Assembly: GCA_024654265.1 (NCBI GenBank)
Contig: JANLIO010000059.1
Coordinates: 1 to 48,218, forward strand
Length of the DNA: 48,218 nucleotides
Source of the DNA: a bacterium
GTDB lineage: Bacteria; Patescibacteriota; Patescibacteriia; 2-12-FULL-60-25
Direction of reading: 5' to 3'
In this document: in pieces, positions 18,158-27,400 of the stretch
Layout of the letters: each line of letters starts with the position of its first letter
How positions within the stretch are numbered: position 1 is the stretch's first letter
The notes under the pieces: model-generated
Databases searched by the model: none
What the model saw: only the letters and a program-made list of their open reading frames with translations
What the model was told of the DNA's origin: nothing
Program-made: the position numbers and the translations under genes

Positions 18158-20461
18158 ATGCCTCGACGACGAAGAAAACGATTTTCAGTTTCTCTCCAGC
18201 CTGAAACAAAGCACGGTGTTGTCATTGTAATTGTTTTTGCCTTTGCACTTCTTCTCCTCCTTTCGCTTTTTGATCTTGGCGGGCGTTTAGGCGTTTCATT
18301 GGATGGTGCTATTGCGCATGTTCTTGGTTGGGATAGGATTGTTCTTCCTTTTTTCTTGATAGCAATTGGATATCACAGCGTGTCTTCCGAGCGACTTCCG
18401 CTTTCCATTACAAATTATATTGGTTTCGTCCTTTTCTTCATTGGGTTAAACCCACTCGTTCACGTGATGAGATTTTCTGCCGGGGATATTCCTGTTGAAC
18501 TTCTTGCAACAGCCGGTGGGAAGCTTGGTCTTCTTCTGGCGGATCCGTTTCGGGCAATTCTTGGTGGCTTTGGGGCAGTAATATTCTTCGTGGCTCTTTT
18601 CGTGATTTCGCTTCTTCTTATTTTCAATACATCATTGACACGCATCGTCAGTGTTTTGAATATTTTCCTTCTTGGAGTTAAAAAAATCGGACTTTTGTTT
18701 ACGTATCCAATTCGAAAACTCATTTCTCGAAGTAGGAACACAGTTGGTGCGTCAGACGAAAACGAGGAGTATGAAGAAGTGTTCGATGGGGATGAAGATG
18801 AAGGGGAGAATGAAGTAATTGAAGTGGATGATGAAGACGTAGGTGAAGTCGTTGAGGGAGAAGAGGTCGTGGTGCCAAAACGGGTACGTCGCCGTCGTCG
18901 AAAAATGGTTCCTGTTCCTCTCGATATTTTGATGAAGCGAGATCAGAATCCAACCTCTGGAGACATTGATCACAATAAGTCTGTCATTGAGCGCACGCTT
19001 GAGAATTTTGGAATTCCGGTTGAGATGGGCGAGGTTTCTGTTGGGCCAACTGTTACTCAATTTACGTTAAAACCAGCCGAAGGCGTTAAGCTGACAAAGA
19101 TTACTGCTTTGCATAACGATCTTGCCCTCGCTCTCGCTGCTCATCCGATTCGTATCGAAGCTCCAATCCCCGGAAAGTCCTATGTCGGTATTGAGGTTCC
19201 GAATCAATCTGTCGCGACGGTTGGTGTGCGTGGCATTCTTGAATCAAAGGATTGGAAGACGCGAAAAAATAATCTTCATTTTTCACTTGGACGCGATGTC
19301 GCGGGTATATCAAATATCGCCGATCTCTCTCGCATGCCTCACTTGTTGGTGGCCGGTGCAACGGGATCAGGAAAATCTGTATGTTTGAATGTTCTTATCA
19401 CATCTCTTTTGTACGCAAACAGTCCGGATGAATTGAAATTAATCTTGATCGATCCAAAGCGCGTCGAACTTCCGATCTACAATGGAATTGCTCACCTTGT
19501 GACTCCGGTTATTACTGAAGTGGACAAAACCATAAACGCATTGAAGTGGGCGATCCGAGAAATGGATCGACGTTTCACTCTTTTGTCGGCACTCGGTGTT
19601 CGCGATATCGGTGGATACAATCAACGCGCAGAAGAAAAAATTCCATATCTTGTCATTGTAGTTGATGAGCTTGCGGACTTGATGATGACAGCACAAGCGG
19701 ATGTTGAGGGTTCGATCGTTCGTTTGGCGCAGATGGCGCGTGCCGTTGGAATCCACCTTGTTCTTGCAACACAACGACCGTCCGTCGATGTCATTACAGG
19801 TTTAATCAAAGCAAATATTCCGGCGCGTATGGCGTTTTCCGTGGCGTCATCCACAGACTCTCGAACTATTTTAGATCAAACGGGCGCTGAGAAATTGCTT
19901 GGGCGAGGAGATATGCTATATGTGACGGCAGAGATGTCAGCCCCACGTCGAATTCAAGGCGCGTTCATCTCTGATGACGAAACAAAACGTCTTGTTGATT
20001 TCTTGAAGTCTTCATATGAGACGGCTGAATACGACGATTCGATTATTGAACGTCAGCGTGCGGGAACATCATTTAAAGGTGGAGGTGGAATGGATGATGA
20101 TATGGACCCGTTCATTGAGGATGCAAAAGAAGAATTGATTCGTGCCGGAAAAGCATCGGCGTCACTCCTTCAGCGACGATTGAAGGTTGGGTATGCGCGT
20201 GCCGCTCGTATTCTTGATGAATTGGAAGAGATCGGTTTCATTGGACCTGCGGATGGATCAAAGCCACGAGAAATTTTGAATCCAAACGCGGGTGAAGAAT
20301 CAATCCCAATTCCACCGCCACGAGAAACAATGGATCGATATCGTGCAATTGAGGACGAGGAGGAAGAAGAAGATGATGAGGAGGAGGATATCGAAGAAGA
20401 TATTGAAGACATTGACCTTGAAATCGGTGATGAAGAGGAGTCGGAGGATGAAGAGTATTGA
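18158..20461 (+). CDS. ftsK: DNA translocase FtsK/SpoIIIE
   Basis: N-terminal TMs, MPHLLVAGATGSGKS, DELADLM, LATQRPSVDVITG, gamma domain SLLQRRLKVGYARAAR, acidic tail. Confidence 0.97.
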   Translation: MPRRRRKRFSVSLQPETKHGVVIVIVFAFALLLLLSLFDLGGRLGVSLDGAIAHVLGWDRIVLPFFLIAIGYHSVSSERLPLSITNYIGFVLFFIGLNPLVHVMRFSAGDIPVELLATAGGKLGLLLADPFRAILGGFGAVIFFVALFVISLLLIFNTSLTRIVSVLNIFLLGVKKIGLLFTYPIRKLISRSRNTVGASDENEEYEEVFDGDEDEGENEVIEVDDEDVGEVVEGEEVVVPKRVRRRRRKMVPVPLDILMKRDQNPTSGDIDHNKSVIERTLENFGIPVEMGEVSVGPTVTQFTLKPAEGVKLTKITALHNDLALALAAHPIRIEAPIPGKSYVGIEVPNQSVATVGVRGILESKDWKTRKNNLHFSLGRDVAGISNIADLSRMPHLLVAGATGSGKSVCLNVLITSLLYANSPDELKLILIDPKRVELPIYNGIAHLVTPVITEVDKTINALKWAIREMDRRFTLLSALGVRDIGGYNQRAEEKIPYLVIVVDELADLMMTAQADVEGSIVRLAQMARAVGIHLVLATQRPSVDVITGLIKANIPARMAFSVASSTDSRTILDQTGAEKLLGRGDMLYVTAEMSAPRRIQGAFISDDETKRLVDFLKSSYETAEYDDSIIERQRAGTSFKGGGGMDDDMDPFIEDAKEELIRAGKASASLLQRRLKVGYARAARILDELEEIGFIGPADGSKPREILNPNAGEESIPIPPPRETMDRYRAIEDEEEEEDDEEEDIEEDIEDIDLEIGDEEESEDEEY

Positions 20462-20486
20462 GTATAAAAGAGGATGGTAAACCGGC

Positions 20487-21167
20487 ATGGCTTTTGTTCA
20501 AAAATCGTTACAGCAGGAGGGCGGATTCGGAGCAAATCTCCGAGAGCTTCGTGAACTCCGCGGATTAACACGACAGGCGCTTTCCGAGCTAACGCAGATT
20601 CATGTTTCAATCATTCAGGCGCTTGAAGAGGAAGATCTCGCTGAGTTCAAAGATCCTGAATATGCAGAGCGTCATGTCCGTGCCTTGGTAACGATCCTTG
20701 AAGGAAGACCTGGGTACTTTCTAAAAAAATATAAGGAGCTTCTAAAAAAGTACTCACTTGAACGAACAGATCGCGTTCTTGTTCGTCCGCGTGTTCGAAG
20801 AAGAGATTTTTTTGTTTCTTCACGCATTATCGCCGTCATCAGTTTTTTTGTTGTTGCGTTCTTTGCAATTATTTATCTGAGCTGGCAAGCATTCATTCTT
20901 CAGGAACCTCCACCGCTTACACTCGTCTCTCCGGATGAGAATGCCGTGCTTCATGAACCGTACGTTGATATTCGTGGATCTACGCTTCCAAATGTGACGG
21001 TGACTGTGAACGGTCGCCGTGCCGTTGTTGAGAGAGATGGATCATTCACGATGCGCTTCGATCTTTCTCGCGGACCGACAACACTTTCAATCGAGGCAAA
21101 ACGACGATACGGATCATCTGAAATCATTGTCCGACAAGTCACATATGAAAGAGAATCGATAGAATAA
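20487..21167 (+). CDS. RodZ-like HTH-TM protein with C-terminal Ig-like domain
   Basis: G..LRELRE.RGLT...LSE.TQI....I.ALEE HTH, one TM, beta-rich C-terminus; follows ftsK. Confidence 0.75.
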   Translation: MAFVQKSLQQEGGFGANLRELRELRGLTRQALSELTQIHVSIIQALEEEDLAEFKDPEYAERHVRALVTILEGRPGYFLKKYKELLKKYSLERTDRVLVRPRVRRRDFFVSSRIIAVISFFVVAFFAIIYLSWQAFILQEPPPLTLVSPDENAVLHEPYVDIRGSTLPNVTVTVNGRRAVVERDGSFTMRFDLSRGPTTLSIEAKRRYGSSEIIVRQVTYERESIE

Positions 21168-21196
21168 AAAAACCCTGAAATACATCAGGGTTTTTT
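21166..21196. terminator. Bidirectional terminator
   Basis: AAAAAAACCCTGA-AATACA-TCAGGGTTTTTT. Confidence 0.88.
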
Positions 21197-21198
21197 GT

Positions 21199-21355
21199 TT
21201 CACGATCTTGAATCTGCAAAGTGTTGCCACGCGTAGAAGACGTCGATCACCACGGGAGGAGAGAGTTTTGTTCCAACACAAGGCCGGGACAAATCCATGG
21301 GGTTCGATATCAAAGCGTGCATCACTTCGCAGATTCAAAATAATGAATTCTCTTT
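21199..21355 (-). ncRNA. Candidate stand-alone rod-shaped sRNA (~150 nt)
   Basis: About 35-bp imperfect arms 21199-21233 / 21315-21347 with inner stems; minus-strand TTGATT-16 nt-GATAAT (21389-21362) upstream and terminator downstream. Confidence 0.55.
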
Positions 21356-21441
21356 GTATAGATTATCAGAGGATTAGGATAAAAATCAAGCCCCCACACC
21401 CTGTGCGAGAATTGCATTGGATGTGGGAGCACGGAGATCAG

Positions 21442-22041
21442 CTAAAGGTCGTCGGCAAATGGACTCGCGATTGGGATCATTTCGCGCTTCCGTATCGTAG
21501 CGAGAGCCTTTTCCGCCGGAAGGCTGTAGTAGGCGATGGTATCCTCAGCGAACATACTAACCGCTCCGTTCAACCGTCGCGTGTCTTTCGAGTTCAGGAA
21601 CGAAACGGGCTTTCTGTTTTTCCCTCGGACAACGCACCATCCCATTCTTTCGGCTTCTTGGACTCGTCCCGCATTTTTTGCAGGATCACCGCTCAACGCG
21701 AACGTCGAAATGCTCCAGCATGGGTCACCTCGAGGGAAGATCAAAATGGCACAGCGATCGTTGTCATCGCAAGAAACAACGTTTCTCAGCGGTGGCACTG
21801 TCTGGTTCGTCGGTGCATTGAGCCTGCTCGACTTACGCGGAAGCGAGCTCACCGTTTTGCGGATGCGGAGTGGATCAACGTGACGTAGCGGATTGCGTAC
21901 GGCACGGTTCCTTCTCCACCACGCTCGTGACTGTTGTCCCTGCAGATAGATCTTACACCCATCTTGAATGCGGATGTGTGTGATGGTCCGGTTCTTTGGT
22001 TGAATCGGACCGACCGGCGTAAGCAAGGGCGTTTTTTTCAT
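21442..22041 (-). CDS. Hypothetical orphan protein (199 aa)
   Basis: AAGGAGG SD; possible TTGACG-17 nt-CATGGT promoter; hairpin after the stop. Confidence 0.65.
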   Translation of the reverse strand: MKKTPLLTPVGPIQPKNRTITHIRIQDGCKIYLQGQQSRAWWRRNRAVRNPLRHVDPLRIRKTVSSLPRKSSRLNAPTNQTVPPLRNVVSCDDNDRCAILIFPRGDPCWSISTFALSGDPAKNAGRVQEAERMGWCVVRGKNRKPVSFLNSKDTRRLNGAVSMFAEDTIAYYSLPAEKALATIRKREMIPIASPFADDL

Positions 22042-22124
22042 GTCGCCTCCTTTCTTGTTTTGTTTGGATTGAATGTTCGCCTAACTCATGCACCATGCAC
22101 GAAAAAGGGGTTTTCGTCAAGTGG

Positions 22125-22154
22125 GCGAGGTCGGGGGAGTGGGCCCGACCTCGC
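22125..22154. terminator. GC-rich hairpin after the 22169-22360 ORF
   Basis: GCGAGGTCGGG-GGAGTGGG-CCCGACCTCGC. Confidence 0.65.
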
Positions 22155-22168
22155 ATCACGATGGACGA

Positions 22169-22360
22169 TCAGTCGTCGTCTTCGCCGAACCAGTCTATCT
22201 GGCCGGGCAAGGCGACATCCACGTCAAATTCAGATGCATCATTCGGGAATCCATCCCGAAGCAGAATCGAACGCCAAACGCCGTCTGCACCCTTCCAGCT
22301 CGTGGGTGATGGTGGCGGTTGAGGTAGTTCGTGTCCGTGACCATTCGTTCCATCGATCAT
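22169..22360 (-). CDS. Small acidic hypothetical protein (63 aa)
   Basis: ATGA overlap with the upstream ORF, GGAG SD, followed by a hairpin. Confidence 0.5.
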   Translation of the reverse strand: MIDGTNGHGHELPQPPPSPTSWKGADGVWRSILLRDGFPNDASEFDVDVALPGQIDWFGEDDD

Positions 22361-22569
22361 GCTCTTTCTCCCGGTTGTTTGGGCTTCCAGAGTTTTCCCT
22401 TTAGAGCCCGGTTTGCTTCTGCGAAAGGATCTTTTTCCTCAAAGGATAGATCCTCGAAAAGCCAGTACAAGCCTAGGATAAGTACGATAAATCCAATCTC
22501 TCCCTCTTCGAAATAGAAGAGTGCGATAGAGGATAATACGAACACGCCACCGATAATCCTTAGAATCAT
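22357..22569 (-). CDS. Small two-TM membrane protein (70 aa)
   Basis: AAGGAGG SD before ATG 22569; the longer 142-aa call runs through a structured RNA element. Confidence 0.6.
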   Translation of the reverse strand: MILRIIGGVFVLSSIALFYFEEGEIGFIVLILGLYWLFEDLSFEEKDPFAEANRALKGKLWKPKQPGERA

Positions 22570-22615
22570 ATCCCTCCTTGTTGTGAAAAAGTGCGAAACA
22601 CTAAGATACAAAAAA

Positions 22616-22773
22616 ACGGCATTCGCCACAAGACGGAGGATAGATTCGCGTACGACAAAAGCCGTAAACGAATCATAGAGAATAAATACTTTCGGCAAAG
22701 TCCAGCCAATGGCCGGAATGTGATTCAAAAATATTTTTTCCACTTTTTCCTCCGTCTTATGTCGAATGACCGT
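22616..22773 (-). ncRNA. Candidate structured RNA (long basal stem enclosing two hairpins)
   Basis: Arms 22616-22640 / 22748-22773 (~25 bp); a U-run follows on the minus strand. Confidence 0.55.
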
Positions 22774-22819
22774 GATAGATTTCATCGAAACTGAACATTC
22801 AATTCAGTTCCCATGAAAT

Positions 22820-22850
22820 CCGAGGTGCATGTTCCTAGCACGCACCTCGG
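22820..22850. terminator. Hairpin after the 22867-23223 ORF
   Basis: CCGAGGTGC...GCACCTCGG. Confidence 0.65.
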
Positions 22851-22866
22851 GAGTTTTGTTTTTTGT

Positions 22867-23223
22867 TTAGGTCAACGCCCCCAGGAAGAGGGCGAGGTTG
22901 ATGAACGACCCGAAAGTCGGGGCGTTCACCTCTCGGTCGCTCACTCCCTCGTCACCCGAAGGTGGGAAGGAGGAGCGACTCTCGGCGAGGACCGTCTCGA
23001 TCGCCTCGCCGAAGAAGTCAGAGACTCCCTCGGGCGGGGCGGAAACCGGGATGGTCTCGCCATCGCACGCCTCGACCTTGATGGTCGGGCGCGAGTCCTC
23101 CGCCGTCTGGGGGTTGAACCCCATCAGGCAGAGGGCCCACTCGATGTCCCTTTGGACAACGAGTGGGGTGCACTCGAGAGGCATACGCCCCTCGGTGCGG
23201 GTTATGAAATTTTCTTGCGACAT
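22867..23223 (-). CDS. Hypothetical acidic orphan protein (118 aa) with hydrophobic C-terminus
   Basis: AAGGAGGT SD before ATG 23223; GC-rich codons; hairpin downstream. Confidence 0.65.
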   Translation of the reverse strand: MSQENFITRTEGRMPLECTPLVVQRDIEWALCLMGFNPQTAEDSRPTIKVEACDGETIPVSAPPEGVSDFFGEAIETVLAESRSSFPPSGDEGVSDREVNAPTFGSFINLALFLGALT

Positions 23224-23266
23224 CTTACCTCCTTGTGTCGCTTTTTGTTTGTCGGAGAGGATCGAA

Positions 23267-23880
23267 TATCCTCCCAACGTTTGTGAAGGGGACGTCATCG
23301 CGTAAACGCGAGAAGGTCCGTGGGATCGGTTATCTATGGATCCGAGCCAAAGCCCGGTTCCAAGAGTTCTTTACCCAACATGCACAGGGTCCGTGTTTGG
23401 CCTTTGCATGTGTTCTCCTCCACAAACGTTGGGACGAATAAAAAGTACGATTTTGTGTTCCGGTGCGCGCCGGCTAGGGCTTTTGTGGTTTGGTTGGCCT
23501 CAGGTACTGCCCTGACTTACCTGAGACTTACATAACATCCATCAACGATCTCCTTTTGTACGTGCCCGGAGCATATTGCTCGGGCGATTTTGTGGTCGTG
23601 TGATATTCCTGCGAGCACGACCTCTTTTTTAGATCCGTTGTGGATCGTTTGCAGGGATGTAGAGGGGACCTTGGATAACGCCGAAGCGCTCCGTGGCATG
23701 CGATATCCGATCAAATAATCCAGTCGAAACCGGATCGAATGACCTTTATCGCTCCTTTCTAGGATCCCGGGTTTGGGGCTAAAAAGGGTTCCTCCTCCAC
23801 GTCTCTGCAAACAAAAAGAGACCTTTAAAGGGTCTCGAATTTGGAAAATCATAAAAAATGGCTAAATTTAGCTATTTTTT
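23267..23880 (+). ncRNA. Candidate large multi-domain ncRNA or tandem array of structured RNAs
   Basis: Three long-stem multi-branch units (23267-23440, 23454-23575, 23647-23812) plus hairpins and a terminal terminator 23853-23880; G-U pairs strongly favour the + strand; no credible ORF. Confidence 0.55.
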
Positions 23881-23950
23881 ACTCGACTCTCCTCTTTCGA
23901 GCGGAAGATCTGGGGTTGTGAAGTTCGGTGACTCACTCCAGTACGAAATC

Positions 23951-23979
23951 TTTATACCATATATCCACAATCTTGTCAA
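23951..23979 (-). promoter_or_regulatory. Sigma70-type promoter, minus strand
   Basis: TTGACA-17 nt-TATAAA, pointing toward the structured region. Confidence 0.7.
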
Positions 23980-24150
23980 GAGGGCTTGGCAATAAGGCGG
24001 TATATCGATGGGTGAGGTGTTTTTTCAAAAATGTTCTATTTTCTGGATATATATGAGGATTTTTGATTGAAATGGGAAAAAATGAGTCCTATTTAATGAA
24101 ATATAGATGGGATAGTGAACTTTGCAGGTTATTTGTCCTTTGGGCTTTGT

Positions 24151-24430
24151 TTGACACTCTTCCAAAACTATGCGAAAATCGCGCTTAGACAACGCGTTTT
24201 TGAACCCATGAGTTTCAAGAAAAAGACAATCGCCCAGTAAAAATTATACGTCGCTTTTAAAGTGGCGTTGTTTTGTGTCTTTTTTTATCGCGTTTCCTTT
24301 TCTTATTCGTCACACTTTTGATTTCTGCGCGTCGCCGGTTCATTCCGCCTGAATGATCCCTCGAACCTGGCCCGCGTCTGGAAGTTGAAATGTGATACGG
24401 TCAATTTATGACCGTGTAACACACATTGGC
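24151..24430 (+). promoter_or_regulatory. rpoBC promoter and structured leader
   Basis: TTGACA-17 nt-GAAAAT; hairpin CGTCGC-TTTTAAA-GTGGCG plus U-rich tract; hairpin TACGGTCA/TGACCGTG before the start. Confidence 0.55.
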
Positions 24431-27400
24431 ATGTCCACCATGGCATTCCGACGTCTTCCACCTAAGGAAACGGCACGTCGTTATTTTACAGCCGCACGCG
24501 ATGCAATCGCGTTGCCGGATCTCATCGAGGTCCAAAAGCAGAGTTACGATTGGTTCTTGAAAGAAGGAATCCGTGACTTGTTCAACGAGGTTAGTCCGGT
24601 AAAAGATTTTATCGGTCGAGATCTTGAGCTCACATTTACAGATTATTATTTTGACGAACCAAAGTTCGACGAAGTCACGTCCAAAGCAAAGAAGGTGAAC
24701 TACGAATCTCCGATTCGTGTGAAGACGAAGTTGGTAAACAAGCGCACAGGTGAATCACAGGAGCAGGAAGTGTATCTTGGTGACCTCCCCATCATGACGG
24801 ATCGGGGAACATTTATTGTAAACGGAATTGAGCGTGTGGTCGTGACACAGCTTGTCCGAAGTTCAGGTGCCTTTTTTACGGCCGTCGCACATCGTGGCCG
24901 TCGTCATTACGGTGCAAAGGTTATTCCAAACCGTGGCGCATGGCTTGAATTTGAAACAGACTCCAAGAATGTTATTTGGGTGAAGATTGATCGAAAGCGC
25001 AAAGTTGCAGCAACATCACTTTTGCGTGCATTTGGTTTTGCAACGGATGAAGAGATCAAAGCTCTTTTTACAGAGGTTGATATTCATCCGGTGATTAAAT
25101 ACATTGATGCAACGTTGGCAAAAGATCTTGCAAAAAATGAAGAAGAAGGATCGATTGAAGTGTACAAGCGTATTCGTCCGGGAGATTTAGCAACATCGGA
25201 TAACGCGCGATCATTGATTCACTCGATGTTCTTTAATTTTGATCGATACGATCTTGGAAATGTTGGACGATATAAATTTAATCATCGTTTTGGTGTTGAT
25301 GCGAATGCCGGAGATGTTTCAAAAGAAGAGAATCGTATTTTGACGAAGGAAGATCTCGTTATGATTCTTCGCGAAGTTATTCGCTTGAACATTTCTCAGG
25401 AAGAACCGGATGATGTTGACCACCTTGGAAACCGACGTGTGCGTGCGGTTGGTGAACTCGTGCAAGGACGATTCCGCATTGGGCTCGCTCGCATGGAGCG
25501 CATTATCAAGGATCGAATGTCTACGCTTGAAATCACAACACTTCGACCGGCGAAGTTGGTGAATGCTCGACCGGTGATCGGTGCAATTCGTGAGTTCTTT
25601 ATGAGCTCGCAGTTGTCGCAGTTCATGGATCAAACAAATCCATTGTCATCACTCGAACACAAGCGACGTCTTTCTGCGATGGGGCCGGGTGGTTTGTCGC
25701 GAGAGCGTGCAGGATTTGATGTTCGCGACGTTCATCGAACGCACTATGGTCGTATTTGTCCGATCGCATCTCCGGAAGGACCGAACATTGGACTTGTCGG
25801 TCACTTGGCGACATACGCGCGTATTAATGATTTTGGATTTATTGAAACGCCATACCGAAAAGTAAAAAACTGGGCAGGAAATGACGGGAAGGATGCGATT
25901 GGCGAAACACTCCGCGTTGATGTTTCAGATGGTTCAGGGAGTGTTATCGGAAAAGCAAATGAAGACGTGACGAAAGAATTGGCAAAGGCATTGAAAGATA
26001 TCTCCATGCCGAAGATTCCGATCATCCCTCGCGTATTAACGGAGATTGTTTTCTTAAATGCGTTTGCGGAAGAACGTGGAACCACGGCACCGGCAACAAC
26101 ACCGATTGGCAAAGATGGACGTTTCCTCGTCCAACGTGCGAGTGCGCGTAAACACGGTGAGCCAACCATGGTTGATGTGCATGAAATTGAATTTGTTGAC
26201 GTATCATCAAAGCAGATTTTGTCTGTCGGAACGTCATTGATTCCATTCGTTGAACACGACGATGGTCAGCGCGCGCTCATGGGAACGAACATGCAACGTC
26301 AGGCTGTTCCGTGTGTGAAACCGGATGCGCCAATTGTTGGAACGGGCGTTGAACGACGAGCCGCGATTGATGCAGGTGACGTTGTGATTGCAGATGAAGG
26401 TGGTGTCGTTGTGTCGCTTGCGGGTGATCATGTGGAGTTGAAAACAGAGAGTGGAAATATTCGTCGGTATGATTTGGTAAAATTCCAACGATCAAACAGC
26501 TCAACGTGTATTAACCAAATTCCACGTGTTGAAAAAGGACAGAAAGTTCATGCGGGCGAAGTGTTGATTGATGGAACATCGTGTGAAAATGGTGAACTCG
26601 CGTTAGGTCAAAACCTCTTGTGTGCCTTCCTTTCATGGGATGGGTACAACTATGAGGATGCGATCATTTTGTCTGAACGGCTTGTGCACAAAGATCGATT
26701 TACATCAATCCATATTGAACACTTCCCACTGGATGTACGCGATACAAAGCTTGGTCCTGAAGTTGTGACAGCAGATATTCCAAACGTCTCTGAAGAAAAA
26801 TTAAAGAACTTGGATGAGATGGGAATCGTTCGCGTTGGAGCCGAAGTAAAATCCGGTGATATTTTGGTCGGAAAGATTACGCCAAAGGGTGAAACAGATC
26901 TTTCCGCAGAAGAGAAATTGCTCCGTGCTATTTTTGGAGAAAAGGCTCGCGATGTACGCGACACGTCGTTGTATCTACAACATGGCGGACACGGAAAAGT
27001 GGTTGGCGTTACCATCTTCTCTCGTGAAGCCGGTGATAAATTACAGCCGGGTGTGACAAAACAGATTGTTGTATCCATCGCTGACCTTCGTAAGGTTCAG
27101 GTTGGAGACAAGCTTGCAGGACGCCACGGAAACAAAGGTGTGATCTCAAAGATTGTTCCGCTCGCAGACATGCCATTCATGGAAGATGGAACACCGGTCG
27201 ACATCATCCTTTCTCCGCTCGGTGTTGTTTCTCGTATGAACCTTGGACAGATTTTGGAAACACACCTTGGACTTGCAGCGAATGCGTTGGGATATACGGT
27301 TGCGACACCAGTGTTTGACGGTGTTTCAGAAACAACGATTCGCGAAGAACTTTTGAAAGCCGGATTCCCAGAAGACGGAAAAATCGCGGTGTATGACGGT

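Noticed and set aside
20350..20461. Acidic low-complexity tracts in FtsK (and in the MBL protein at 35130-35225)
   Set aside because: In-frame compositional bias with no discrete repeat unit or sign of an inserted element
21208..23305. Plus-strand ORFs 21208-21888, 21934-22404, 22813-23286 and 22898-23305
   Set aside because: Antisense shadows of SD-led minus-strand ORFs, with Arg/Ser-rich non-protein-like composition
21199..23812. Long inverted repeats as integron attC sites
   Set aside because: No RYYYAAC...GTTRRRY boundaries, no shared sequence between units, and no intI in the window
23267..23880. Group I/II intron or retron ncRNA
   Set aside because: No domain-V or group I core motifs recognised, no interrupted gene, and no reverse transcriptase nearby
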